Positions 27,192-40,677 of a stretch of 64,000 nucleotides of DNA are shown piece after piece. The stretch lies in assembly GCF_006345805.1 (NCBI RefSeq), contig NC_042999.1:5332001-5396000 (forward strand), written 5' to 3'. The stretch comes from Octopus sinensis. Taxonomy: Eukaryota. Positions within the stretch are counted from its first letter, which is position 1, and every line of letters starts with the position of its first letter. The position numbers and the translations under genes are program-made. The notes beneath the pieces were generated by a model. That model made no database searches, was not told the DNA's origin, and was given only the letters and a program-made list of their open reading frames with translations.

Positions 27192-27501
27192 ATACTCTTT
27201 TACTTGTTTCAGTCATTTGACTGTGGCCGTGCTGGAGCACCGCCTTTAGTCGAGCAAATCGACTCCAAGACTTATTCTTTGTAAGCCTAGTACTTATTCT
27301 ATCGGTCGAACCACTAAGTTACAGGGACCTAAACACACCAACATCGGTTGTCAAGTGATGTTGGGGAGACAAACACGGACACACAAACATACACACACAC
27401 ACATACATATATATACATATACACGACGGGCTTCTTTCAGTTTCCGTCTACCAAATCCACTCACGAGATTGTAGTCGGCCCGAGGCTATGGCAGAAGACA
27501 C
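27192..27501 (-). mobile_element. SINE family A, truncated at the retrozyme-like element
   Basis: Tail and body are present; the head is missing at the 27502 junction. Confidence 0.8.
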
Positions 27502-27507
27502 TATGGT

Positions 27508-27950
27508 AGGAGACGTCGAAGTTTCCTAGGGCTAAATAGCGGTGGTGTAATTCCTTTACGGGACTGTCACATTGAGTTGACAGTATACAACCACGATATC
27601 GCTCCACTACCGCTCATGTCTCTCTAAGACATTTAGAAATTCAATATTTCTAATTTCGGTGATCAGTAAATAAATTTTACTGAAAATATGATATATTTGC
27701 GAAGAGGTTGCAGTCATCTCAGCGAGCGAGGCAGGCTACCCTGAACTGACGACGAGCAATAGACTCAGAAACATATGTCTTCAGGTGCTTAGTCCCAGCT
27801 GGCGGGGTGATTGCTTGCCTCCCCTTTGCAAATATAAGGACACGGAAAATGTGTCAAAGCCGACAGGAGACGTCGATGTTTCCTAGGGTTAAATGGCGGT
27901 GGTGTAATTCCCTTACGGGACTGTCACACTGAGTTGACAGTATACGACCA
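27508..27950 (+). mobile_element. Retrozyme-like element: 357-nt unit plus 86-bp terminal redundancy
   Basis: 27508-27593 repeats at 27865-27950, with an internal type I hammerhead in a long stem. Confidence 0.75.
27740..27785 (+). ncRNA. Type I hammerhead ribozyme
   Basis: ccugaa-CUGACGA-c-gag(caauaga)cuc-a-GAAA-cauaug-UC-uucagg. Stem I is 6 bp, stem III is palindromic, and the GUC cleavage site follows 27779. Confidence 0.85.
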
Positions 27951-27964
27951 ATATATATATATAT

Positions 27965-28178
27965 TTCACTCTTATACTCTTATACTTGTTTCAGTTATTT
28001 GACTGCGGCCATGCTGGAGCACCGCCTTTGGTAGAGCAAATCGATCCCGGGACTTATTCTTTGTAAGCCCAGTACTTATTCTATCGGTCTCCTTTGCCGA
28101 ACCGCTAAGTGACGGGGACGTAAACACACCAGCACCGGTTGTCAAGCAATGCTAGAGGGACAAACACAGACACACAAA

Positions 28179-28263
<85 letters not shown>

Positions 28264-28426
28264 GACAGGCTTCTTTCAGTTTCCGTCTACCAAATCCACT
28301 TACAAGGCATTGGTCGGCCCGAGGCTATAGCAGAAAACACTTGCCCAAGATGCCACGCAGTGGGACTGAACCCGGAACCATGTGGTTGGTAGGCAAGCTA
28401 CTTACCACACAGTCACTCCTGCGCCT
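27965..28426 (-). mobile_element. SINE family A, full length
   Basis: Complete head, internal (TA)/(TG) microsatellite and CR1-like tail. Confidence 0.88.
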
Positions 28427-28659
28427 ATATTTTATTTATTTATTTACATACACAAATAAATAAATTCCATTTGGTTTTGACCTTGGCATTTGCTTTATTA
28501 AGCCCGTCCACGGCTACCAGATACAAGTATAAAACGGAAATGGGCAGTTTTACTGATGATGTGTCTGAAAATCCGTAAATGTAGTAGAGTTAATACAAAC
28601 ATTAACAAGGAAAATGAAGTTAGCAATTCGTTTTATTAGATAATTTCATAATAAAAGCT

Positions 28660-28818
28660 TAGGCGCGGCTGTGTGGCAAGGTGTTTGTTTCCTAACCGCA
28701 TCGTTTTGGGTTCAGTTCCATTGCGTTGGACTTTGAGCAATCGTCTTCTTCTATAGTTTCAAGGCAACCAACGACTTGTGAGTGGATTTGGCGGACAGAA
28801 ACTGAAAGAAGCTCATAT

Positions 28819-28871
<53 letters not shown>

Positions 28872-29032
28872 TATATATAGCTTGTTTACCAACCACATGG
28901 TTCCGGGTTCAGTCCCACTACATGGCACCTTAGGCAAGTGTCTTCTACTATAGCCTTGGGCCGACCAAAGCCTTGTGAGTGGATTTGGTAGACGGAAACT
29001 GAAAGAAGCCCGTCGTATATATATATAATATA

Positions 29033-29080
<48 letters not shown>

Positions 29081-29560
29081 TGCGTGTGTGCGTGTGTGTT
29101 TGTCCCCCCAACATCGCTTGACAACTGATGCTGGTGTGTTTACGTCCCCGTCACTTAGCGGTTCGGCAAGAGGGATCGATAGAATAAGTAATAGGCTTAC
29201 AAAGAATAAGTCCTGGGGTCGATTTGCTCGACTAAAGGCGGTGCTCCAGCATAGCCGCAGTCAAATGGCTGAGTCAAATAAAAGAATAAGAGAATAAAAT
29301 ATATATATATTTTTTTTATGTGTGTGTATGAGAGAGAGAGAGAGAGAGAGAGATTTTGTCTGTTTGTCCTTCGCCAAAGCTTGACAACCGGTATTGGTGT
29401 GTTTAAGTCTCTGCCACCGAGCTGTTCGTGAAAAGGAACCGATAGAGTAAGTACCAGGCTTAATGAAAAGTACTGAGGTCGTGTCATTCGACTAAAGATT
29501 CTTCATAGCGGTGCCACAGCATGGCCACATTGTAACAACCGAAACACGTAAACAGTAAAA
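28660..29560 (+). mobile_element. Cluster of SINE family A copies
   Basis: Partial head at 28660-28815, near-complete copy at 28878-29295, degraded tail copy at 29350-29560. Confidence 0.8.
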
Positions 29561-29669
29561 GACAGGAGATAAATGGTTTCATCGATATTTTATCTGAAGA
29601 GAATTGCTGTCCCCTTATCATTATATAATGTATATAACAACACATTGCACCGGTATCATTATACTTATA

Positions 29670-29886
29670 TATTTATTTATTGCCCACAAGGGGCTAAACA
29701 CAGAGGGGACAAACAAGGACAGACAAAGGGATTAAGTCAATTACATCGACTCCAGTGTGTAACTGGTACTTAATTTATCGACCTCGAAAAGATGAAAGGC
29801 AAAGTCGACCTCGGCGGAATTTGAACTCGGAACGTAACGACAGACGGAATACGGCTACGCATTTCGCCCGGCGTGCTCGCCGCCTA
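29670..29886 (-). mobile_element. SINE family B
   Basis: Head, core and B1 tail. Confidence 0.8.
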
Positions 29887-29929
29887 TGTCATTATACTTA
29901 TACCATGGTATTAGTATACAAGTATACTA

Positions 29930-30497
29930 ATACCACGGGGTGTGCATTGAAGATTTCCCCCAGACCCACTTCCGGTCTTTGCAGGAAACGGAACTTGTAC
30001 GGGTATAATCATACATATCTTTACATGTCACATAGCAAATTGCAGCTTTCCACTCGGATTCGTTTGTTTTTTTATGACTGTTGAAGTGGTTTAAGTGGCT
30101 TGAATGCAGATCGGTGATCAGGTTCTTATACTTGAAAGGTCGTACACCAAAAGAGACTTTCGATGAGATAAAAAAAAGGTTATTGGGACGATGCACCACC
30201 AAACGACGTAGTCAAGCGCTGGCATCGCCAGTTCAAATGTGGTCGGACATCGGTGGAAACTGCTCCTCTTCCTGGAGGATCACATTCCGCCATTGATGAC
30301 GATACCATTCATAAAGTGGATCTATTTTGGAGGATCGCCGCATAACTATTCGGCAACTTGCCCAAGAAGTGAAGATAAGTGTCGGGTCCGTGGATAAAAA
30401 AATTATTCATGACCATTTGCACATGCGGAAGTTGTCAGCACGATGTATTGCCCGGATGCTCACACCGTTTGAGAAGTAGAAACGAGTCAATTCCGCG
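29930..30497 (+). mobile_element. Mariner transposon, 5' fragment
   Basis: [53 protein letters not shown]. Confidence 0.75.
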
Positions 30498-30504
30498 TGT
30501 GTGT

Positions 30505-30569
<65 letters not shown>

Positions 30570-30611
30570 CAGAGAGACAGAGAGACAGAGAGTAGGAATG
30601 TATTTGAGTAA

Positions 30612-30653
<42 letters not shown>

Positions 30654-30758
30654 GAAATGAAATGAAAGCCAATTTGAAGTTTTATTTAGGATAAATAACA
30701 CACATACAGATGTATACAGAGAGAGACTCTCACACAATATGCGCATATATATGTATAT

Positions 30759-30795
<37 letters not shown>

Positions 30796-31064
30796 GCATA
30801 TATATGTATATATTTTCCACATATATAGTAGGTATATGTGTGTATATATATATGCATATGTGTATGCCTGTATATATGTATTTTTGTATTATGTATGTAT
30901 GTGTTTGTGTGTATATATATACATACACACACACACACATATATATACATATACATATATATATATATATAATATATATACACTTATACATATATATATA
31001 CACATATACATATATATATACATGCACATATATATCTATACACACACCACACACACACACACAC

Positions 31065-31133
<69 letters not shown>

Positions 31134-31795
31134 GTATGAGGAGTTTAGGTCAAGATCACTCAAACTAATAGGTATGTCTCTGAATGCTCAAATAGGTGTG
31201 CCACTAAAATTCCGGATAGAACTGAGGTTGAAGTTGTGGTTGTGTGAATGTCTTGCTGAAAAACGGCTAATGGCGGCTTCCCTCTCAGTCAGGAGGCCTA
31301 GTTTAAAGTAGTACTGTAACCTACACACACACACGCGCGTATTCAAGGACGAATTAAAAGCAGCACTTGTGTTGTAAACATTATCAACTGCAGACACCCA
31401 TTGTACCTATCTCGTTTATTTGACGGTTCATTGGCGCTAAATTGCAGCGAAACGGTGCGCAAACAATACACATCCATTGTGTAAATGCAGTCGATATATA
31501 TATATATATATATATATCACGATTACAGCCAACGATTCTAGTCAACGCACAAGACAGCCATTATGCTCCCCCCGCACCCAGACAAAACACCACTACGTGG
31601 ACTCTATTGAGACTAGTAAGAAACAATTATGAACTTTTTTATTACACTTAACTTATAAAAATATTTTTGATAAGGTTCGTTTTTTTACAAGAAGAACCGA
31701 AACATGTAAAATCTCTAAGGAAAGTAAAATTTATCTTACATAGTGGCGTTTTCAAACTTATCTTTTAAATATATACCCACTCGTATGCCACCTAC

Positions 31796-31879
<84 letters not shown>

Positions 31880-31979
31880 AATGAAAGCCAATTTGAAGTT
31901 TTATTTAGGATAAATAACACACATACACATACAGATGTATTCAGAGAAAGACTCTCACACAATATGCGCATATATAGTC

Positions 31980-32893
31980 TTAAGACGTTCGGTCTTGGAA
32001 AACAACACCCTTCCTGTTGGCCAATTCTGGACGTTTCTCTTGAATTGCTGCTTTTAACTCGTCCACTTGTGCGCAGTATTTCTCAGAATTAATTGTCTGG
32101 TTTCTTGGGAGCTCATAGTACAGAATTCCTTTCCAATCCCACCAGACACAAAGCAAGACTTTTTTAGGGTGAAGAATCGCTTTTGGGGTGGCTAAGGGTG
32201 GCTCATGTCGCTTACTCCAGGATCGCTTTCTCTGAATATTTCGGTAGATAATCCATTTCTCATCACCTGTCACAATTTGCTTTTAAAAAGGCGCGTTTTC
32301 ATTCCGTTCACAGATGGAAATGCGATCCAAAAGGTTCTTCTCACTCAACTCATGTGGTACCCAAATATCGTAGTGATTTGTGTACCTAAGCTTTACCAGG
32401 TGCTCATGAACGACGGATTTTGATAGGTTGAAGCTTTCTGCCAATTCTCGGGTTGTGCAATGGGGGTTATTCTCAATTAATGACTTGATTTGGTCACCAT
32501 CTGTAGTGGATGGTCTGCCTGATCGCTCTTTATCAATAAGACTACAATCTCCAGCCCGGAACCTTGCGAACCACTTCCGTACAGTTCTTTCGGATAAAGA
32601 AACATCACCGTAAATTGCGTATATTTCTTTGGTTGCTTGTGAGGCATTTTTCCCTTTACGGAAAAAAGAAAAGCATCAAGTGCCGAAAATGAACTTTCTT
32701 ATCTTCCATTTTAAAGGGTTACAGAATTAACACAGGTTATAGGAACATAAACCTTCTTCCACGAAAAGATAGCTTAAACAGTGCTCTAAATGGAGGTGTA
32801 GTCAAATCCTATTTTATGGGCTCAACCATGTTCTAAAATAAGTCGAAAGGTAAGCTACTATAAATCGGCACGAACTTTCCGGATAACCCAATA
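31980..32893 (-). mobile_element. Mariner transposon, 3' truncated
   Basis: TIR tattggttatccggaaagttcgtgccgat; peptides MEDKKVHFRHLML, WVPHELSE, TGDEKWIIY, KKVLLCVWWDWKG, RKGVVFQD. Confidence 0.88.
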
Positions 32894-33233
32894 TATATAT
32901 ATTAACACACAACACACATATACACATTCACACACAAATAACTTCCCCACAGTTCCAATTCACAAGGTATTGGTCAAACCGGGACTGCAGCTGAGGACTC
33001 TGCAAGAACCATTTGGATTTGTAGTACTGTGAGGTGGTATCGAACCTGAAGCTACAGATTCACGTGCTTACGCAATTTACTTCATAACTACAAAGCTATA
33101 CCTGCGCCTATCCATTCCTAAGAAGCCGGTTTCTCCCTCCTTTTCATGTATCGCTCTAGGCACCTGTGATAAGTATCTGTAAAAGTATTGACGTTATAAG
33201 CAAACAATATTTGACAAGGTTATCATAAATGTG

Positions 33234-33620
33234 TGGAGGCGCAATGGCCCAGTGGTTAGGGCAGCGAACTCGCGGTCGTAGGATCGCGGTTTCGATTCCC
33301 AGACCGAACGTTGTGAATGTTTATTGAGCGAAAACACCTAAAAGTTCCACGAGGCACCAGCAGGGGTGTGGGTGACGAACTCTGCAGTACTCTTTCACCA
33401 CAACTTTCTCTCATTCTTTCTTCCTGTTTCTGTTGTACCTGTATTTCAAAGGGTCGGCCTTGTCACACTCTGTGTCACGCTGAATCTCCCCGAGAACTGC
33501 GTTAAAGGTACACGTGTCTGTGGAGTGCTCAACCACTTGCACGTTAATTTCATGAGCAGGCTGTTCCGTTGATCGGATCGACTGGAACCCTTGTCATTGT
33601 AACCGACGTAGTGCCACGGT
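33234..33620 (+). mobile_element. tRNA-derived SINE family C, long variant
   Basis: ggcgcaatggcccagtggttagggc..gtttcgattccc head; body shared with 51403-51690 and 51843-52146. Confidence 0.8.
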
Positions 33621-34179
33621 CATAAATGTTGGAGGTCATCGTAAATTACATCTCTGGTCAGTTATATTTCAGTATCCGGCATGCTAACGATTCTACCAGA
33701 TCGTCGCCTCAACAAAAACAATAATAAGGATTTCAAATTTTTGGCACAAGGTTAGCAATTTTGGAGGGTGGGGTTGGGGGTTAATCGATCACAATGACCC
33801 CAGTGTTCAACTGGTACTTATGTTAACGACCCCGAAAGGATGAAAGGCTAAGTAATTCCGGTGGTATTTGAACTCAAGACATAAAGACGGATGATACGTT
33901 GCTAAGCATTTTGATCGGCGTACTAACAATCCTGCCAGCTCGTCGCATTAATATTATTATTCCTTCGTAACACAGTGTAGGTAAAAATGCACCGGAGTCT
34001 TTAGTCATCTGTCTAGTTACAACAAGGACCTCAGACAGGTAATACTTTCCTTAAGATGGCTGCTTTTTGCAAATCATCAATCTTGCATGGGATTTCCAGT
34101 TGCTTCAAGAAGTCTTTAAATTTCAACGGGATTGAGCCCAACACTCCGATCACCACCGGCATCGCTTTATTATTATAAT

Positions 34180-34609
34180 AATTGTTGTTGGCATCCTTTT
34201 GTCTTGGGAGACAATGGAGTTGCGCATAAACTAACCCAGTCTGGTTTTTACATTTCATGTCCTCTGCAGTTTCCTCTCCAGTTTTGCGCAGGCCTGGGAT
34301 AGATGTAAGAAAATCCTGGGTAGCCCAGTCGTCCGTATTCCTCTCTCGACCTTGCTGACGTAGCCCAAAGGAGTGCAGAGCATTACGTTTGGCACCAGCC
34401 TGGTTGCAGGAGCTGCTGGAAGAGTGTCAAGTCGAACACTAAACTGCCTTAGGGGTTTCGCTCCAGATTTCTTTGAGGGTTGTCTCCTTTCCGTAACCCT
34501 GGAAAGGGACCCATACCGGATACTATCAGCCGGAGCCAGCTGAGCCCGGAAACGTGTCAGGCAGGGTCGTCACTCCCTGAAGTAGTGAAGAAAATTGCTA
34601 CCCACTACC

Positions 34610-34612
<3 letters not shown>
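34180..34612 (-). mobile_element. Short bipartite RTE-derived element (RTE 3' tail plus putative 5' UTR)
   Basis: 34180-34265 is the reverse complement of the RTE 3' end at 8912-8995; the rest is GC-rich non-coding sequence. Confidence 0.7.
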
Positions 34613-34666
<54 letters not shown>

Positions 34667-34680
<14 letters not shown>

Positions 34681-34835
34681 TCAGTAGTTTTATTTTTATA
34701 GCGTACTTTCACTTCACTACCAAGCTCTGTGTGCCTTGGGGGGAAATCACAGCACATAGCCAAGGCACACAGAGCTGCGCTCGGTAGTGAAGTGAAAGTA
34801 CGCTATAAAAATAAAACTACTGAATAATAATAATA

Positions 34836-34838
<3 letters not shown>
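34667..34838. repeat. Inverted repeat in (TAA)n, ~72-bp arms
   Basis: tcagtagttttatttttatagcgtactttcac...ccttgg / ccaagg...gtacgctataaaaataaaactactga, with one bulge. Confidence 0.85.
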
Positions 34839-34866
<28 letters not shown>

Positions 34867-35063
34867 CCTTTCTACTATGGGTACAAGGCCTGAAATTTGA
34901 GGGGAGGTGACTACATCAACCCTAGCGATTCACTGGTCCTTAATTTATCGACAGCGAAAGGATGAAAGGCAAAATCGACCTCGACGGAATTTGAACTTAG
35001 AATGTAAATACGGACGAAATGCCGCTAAGCGTGGCATGCTAACGATTCTACCAGCTCGTCACC

Positions 35064-35115
<52 letters not shown>

Positions 35116-35759
35116 TAACAAGAGCACTCAGAGAGCGCAACCCTCCGCCAAGGCAACACCAACGTTCTCTCAAAGATTAGCCAGAAATGATTTTAAAATG
35201 AGAATATCTGAAATAAACTCGACTGCTCTGACAAACGAGAATACTAAAAATGAACCCGACGGCTCTCAAAAATTAAGTAAAGAAAAAAACAGGAAAAATA
35301 ATCCAGATACTGTTTGCTCAAGGTGTGTGTGTGTGTGTGTGTGTGTTATACTAGATGTGTTATACTAGACATATATTAGATGTTATACTAGATGTATATA
35401 CACCGTTGACCGACATGATGCTGTGGCTTTTGTCTGAAAGAAAATCTTTTCATAAACAGGTTGGGCATCAGGGTGAAGTGAACGGTCCCCATATTGAAGA
35501 ATTTAAGGTCATCGAAGTCACAAGAAAAGAGTGACGAGCATTTCTGGGAATATAACCTAAAACAGGAAGTGAATTGCAACCAGTGAGTGTGTTTAATCTT
35601 TATGAAGAATCTAAGATAAGCTGAAAGAAAAATCTAAATATCCATATTCTTTTATCTCAACTATTTAAAATTTATTTTTAACCACTTCAATCCTTATTTT
35701 ACTCGGATGGGCCCTCCTAGCTATTAGATGTTAAAAAATTTTTTTTATAATTAAATATT

Positions 35760-36305
35760 GTTTTCTACTCTAGGTGCAAGGCCCAAAAAACTTTTGGTGG
35801 GGGACAGCCGATTAGATCGACCCCAGTACGTAACTGGTACTAAATTTATCGACCGAAAGGATGAAAGGCAAAGTCGACCTCGGCGGAATTTGAACTCAGA
35901 ACGTAGCGGTAGATGAAAAAACCGCTACGCATTTCGCCCGGCGTGCTAACGTTTCTGTCAGCTCACCGCCTCATTATTTTTTTTATAATTAAATATTATT
36001 AGGAATTGTATTTAAAAAATTAATAAAATATTTTGTCTATTGTCTGTAATCGACTTAATCCGTTTGTCTGTCCTTGTTTGTCCCCTCTGTGTTTAGCCCC
36101 TTGTGGGTAGTAAAGAAATAGATATTTCGTCTGCCGCTACGTTCTGAGTTCAAATTCCGCCGAGGTCGACTTTGCCTTTCATCCTTTCGGGGTCGATTAA
36201 ATAAGTACCAGTTACGCACCGTGGTCGATCTAATCGACTTAATCCGTTTGTCTGTCCTTGTTTGTCCCCTCTATCTTTAGCCCCTTGTGGGTAGTAAAGA
36301 AATAG
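35760..36305. mobile_element. Oppositely oriented SINE B copies (35760-35972 minus; 36045-36305 plus)
   Basis: Shared core in both orientations. Confidence 0.8.
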
Positions 36306-37194
36306 GTGCATACTAATACACGCGCGCGCAGACTCTTATTGAAACACATTCCTACACTTTCTCTTTCTCTCTCTTTCTTCTTTCATACACACACACACTC
36401 ACACACGTACACACACTCAGCTATAGTCACGTAAGCTGTAGGTCGGTCTAGGTATCGTTTTAAACTTTGCGAAGATGGCTTCGAAATATTTCGCTTGGCT
36501 GTTTGTGAAAAGGTTGAATATATTTCTGTATATTTTCTCATTGCAAAATGGCTTCCACCAAGTTAAACTACATAATGGCTGTAAGTCATCCAGTGGAAAA
36601 GAGAGGAAGAAAGAGAGGGGGAAGAGAAAGGAAGTCGAGAGGGAGAGGAGGAAAGGAAGATAGTGAGCGATTGAGATGAAAAGGGGAAATAAAGGAGGAG
36701 TAAACGGGGGGGGGGGACAAAGAGAAAGGAAGAGAAGAACAATGAGAAAGAGAGAGAAGTGAAACTAAGAGAAGGAGAAAATCTTTCTGCAGATCTATTA
36801 TTCAATAATCTTGTTCATTATCGATCACAACTGGCATCGAAGAAATTGTTCGTCCATCATTGATTTTTTTTTCTTTCGTAAACCGTACAAGTTTATTCCC
36901 ATCATTTCATTTTTAGCTTAAATGGCGTCGGCGTCGTCGTCTGATACGAACTTACGCTGTTATCTCGTGCTTTTTGCTCTTTTCATTGAGGCGTAGTATA
37001 AGAACGTCTCTAAAAGCTTTCTTAAGCAGCTGTCTCAAGGGCAATACTCGAAACCTAGGCCAAAGTAGCGCTAAAACCATTTATACCTTCAAATAGTATT
37101 CACGAGGAATCGAATTTCTCAAATGATTTCCGAATCGAGAAATATTTTCAAATAATCTATTTTTATTTCAAAACGAAATATTCTCACATTCTGT

Positions 37195-37834
37195 GCGTTT
37201 TGTTGTTGTTCCTCTTCCTCTTGTTGTTGTTGTTGTTGTTGTTGTTCTTGTCCTTCTTGTTCTTCTTTCTTCTTCTTCTTCTTCTTTTTTCTTCTTCTTC
37301 TTCTCTTCTTCCTGTTGTTGTGTTGTCTTCTTCCTCTTCTTCTTGTTTGTTGTGTTCTTGTTTGCTGTATATTGTTCTTGTTCTTCTCCCTTCTTCTTCT
37401 TCTTTCTTCTTCTTCTTCTTCTTTTTTTTCTTCTTCTTCTTCTTTCTTCTTCTCCTGTTGTTGGGTTTTGTTCTTGTTCTGTTCTTCCTGTTTCTTCTTG
37501 TTCTCTGTTCTTGTTCTTCTTCTTCTTCTTCTTCTTGAGAGCCCATACAAAGACTCCTAAAAGACTAACCCAAGACCAACTCCCCTGTCTTGTCTATTAT
37601 TCTCCTCCTCCTCCTCCTCTTCCCCCTTTCCGCCAGTAGCACTCAGAAAAGGCTGCGTAAGTGCTTGAGGTAGAGGTGAAGGGTGTGGCGCGGAAGCAGG
37701 AAGACTTGCTCAACGGAGCAACTATGATGCTTCCCCTCAGACCACTATTTCCAATATTTCAACCGGCCGTGGCTGTTATAAAATGACAGCATTTCAATCC
37801 TCCACTCTAGAACAACAACAATGGCGACGACGGC

Positions 37835-37866
<32 letters not shown>

Positions 37867-38080
37867 TGGTGGTGGTAGTGTTGGTGGTGGTGGTGGTGGT
37901 GGGGTGGTGGTGGTGGAGTAGTAGTGTAGTAGTGTAGTAGTAGTGGTGGTGGTGGTGTAGTAATAGTAGTAGTGGTGATGGTGGTGGGTAGTGGTAGGTG
38001 GTGGTGTGTGGTGGTGGTGGTGGTGGTGGTAGTAGAAGTAGAAGTAGTAGTAGTAGTAGTAGTAGGAGGAGGAGGAGTAT
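37195..38080. repeat. Trinucleotide tracts (TTC/TTG)n and (GTA/GTG)n
   Basis: Read directly. Confidence 0.9.
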
Positions 38081-38648
38081 TGAACTGAAATTCACCTGCT
38101 TTCTGAGATCGAGCCCGGATCTGATATATTCTTTACCTTCTATATTTTTGATGCAAAGAGATATTGTGGGAGAAGTGTCGATGACGACCGAGAAGCAGTT
38201 GGAGGATGGAATATGGTGGACGCTCAAAAGACAGGACGTTAGTGACAAAAAAAAGAAAAACAAATAGTTATCTTTCGAGATTATTGATTGACACCGATCA
38301 TATAAGATGTATGATTTATAATAGAATGGAAAGGCGAAACGAAACACGATTACATTTCACAGGCGCCTGCTCGACAGGACATTTAAACGCCAGCCGAAAC
38401 AAAATCAAAGTAAGATTATTCTACTGCCGCTGAGATAAGTGTTTTCTCTGATCGTTCGATTGTGCTTCTCATTAATTTGCCGAAGCATCGATAATAAATA
38501 TTACTTTAACCGGAGAACGAATATTGATAACCAGAAATAGAATGACAAAAAGGCATGCAAATATATCATTTAAAATAAATAAGACTCAATGTCCACCAAA
38601 AATATATTTACCGTAGTCAATGGAACAAGGAGTTGCAAATTAAAGTTA

Positions 38649-39019
38649 CTAGCAGCATCGCCCGGCGTTGCTCGGGTTTGTTTTGACCCTTTAGAATTGG
38701 AATTTTTGAAAAGTAAAAATTTTGCATTATGTTGCTTGTTATTCTCTTTAAGTGAACATTTTTTGGGTTGAAATACACCCAAAAATGTCGACACAGCAGT
38801 CAAAAATAGGAATTTTCATAGAAAAAAAGCACCTTTTTGATGTAAATAATTTTTGGTGTTAACATGGTCCGATTTGAATTTTTTCTTCTATGGAAGGAAG
38901 AGCAAGCCTTCTTCTATCATACTCTCAATTTTGGTCAGCTTGCGCCGCAGAGTCTCGGAGGAGATGAAGGTTATTAAACCTGCCATACACAGACAACTTC
39001 AGCTTTATATATAGAGAGA
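38649..39019 (-). mobile_element. Non-autonomous Helitron (~370 bp)
   Basis: On the minus strand a|TC...cccgagcaacgccggg hairpin...CTAG|t; near-identical to 55623-56001. Confidence 0.85.
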
Positions 39020-39144
39020 TGTAGACTGATTAGAGAAACGGCAAATAAAGAACTGAACGAAAAACATTGCGCTCGGTGTGGTCTTCAACACAGTATTGTC
39101 TGTAATGAGGTAAGCATCATGGTTTTCTCATTAACTGATCTTCA

Positions 39145-39360
39145 AGGTGGCGACCTGACAGAATGGTTAGCCCGCCGGGTGAAATACCACTAAGCATTTC
39201 GCCCGTCGTTACGTTATGAGTTCAAATTCTGTCGAGGTTGACTTCGCCTTTCATTCCTTCAGGGTCGATAGATTAAGTACCAATGAAACACTGGGGTCGA
39301 TTTAATCGACTAGTCCTCACCCCCATATTTCAGACCTTGTGCCTTCAGTAGAAAGGATTA
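39145..39360 (+). mobile_element. SINE family B (B2 tail), diverged
   Basis: Head, core and tail recognisable. Confidence 0.75.
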
Positions 39361-40610
39361 TATAAATATGTTCTCCCACATTCTGAGTTCAAAATCCTGC
39401 TTTTTAGAAAGTTGCTTCAATCAAAAGAAGGTTAATAAAAATGTCAGTAGTTAAAATCATGCAAGATTCAGTTATGTATCGAGTAGAAATCACGCTTTGG
39501 CTAATTTACCTGTAAAATAACTAGCAGTACACCAGGTTAATTCACAGCTAAACTATTACCTTAAGCGTCCCTCTAAAATCAATATTCTCTTTTTAACGAA
39601 CTCCAAGTGACGTGAATCATAGACACGTGGACTACTATTGCTTTTTGGGAAAGCTTAAAGTTCCTTAGAATATAGGAAATTTTACGAATTGGATTGAAAT
39701 CAATACTTTACTTATAAACGGTTGCTTTTCCAACTTGAAAAGAAACTCCTCTAGACAGGCAGTTTTATTAGATCACAGTCAATATTATTTATATTATTTT
39801 TCTATTTTCATGACGTCCCGGAAAACAGTTATATCCGTTTATTGTACTACTAACTCCCCTATTAATCAATGTTGAGTTTAAATATTAAAGTATTTACGTG
39901 TTTTAACAAAGTTTATATATTTACAAAACACTGTGTCCCTGTACAGAGACAAAAACAAAATTAATAAATTGGTTTATTTAATTTAAATATCATGTCTTTC
40001 TTGAGATTTGAAGTGAAACATTTCACCATTTTGGAGGTTATGAAACAATTTCCGGTTCGTTGCTCCAACAAAGTACATCCTTTTTTAATGTCTTTATATC
40101 ATACGAGCTTCCTCTGTGTCGAAAACGTCGATAATATTTTGTGTTTGTCAGAATCTTTACCTCGATATTTCTGTAAGAAGATAAAAACGCTACAGCGAAC
40201 ACGACGCAGACGTGCTGACGGACGCTGTGAATCTAAGTTTATAGACGCTCGGTATTGTTCTGTTGGCTCTCAAAGCCAGTATAAAATCAGAGAAATTTCC
40301 AGTAATTAATATATTTTCATGAAGGACACAGAAGACGTTGTGGTGTTCATACTTTTTCTAAAGGCATCATTAACAAAAATGAAAGTTAATAGCTTCTACT
40401 AAAAATTGTAATTGGGTTGCGGGATCGATTGTCGATGATTTTTCTTTTCTCAATAATATGCTGATGTAGAGAGGTATCGATATATCAGTAGTCAACCATA
40501 TTGAGTCTACAAGAGAAGAAATGAAAATTTCGGTATTTCACTAAATCATGACGTGACATGAAATTGTACAAATGGCAATGGAACAAAGACTCTTCAAACA
40601 TAGTCCATTA

Positions 40611-40673
<63 letters not shown>

Positions 40674-40677
40674 TATT

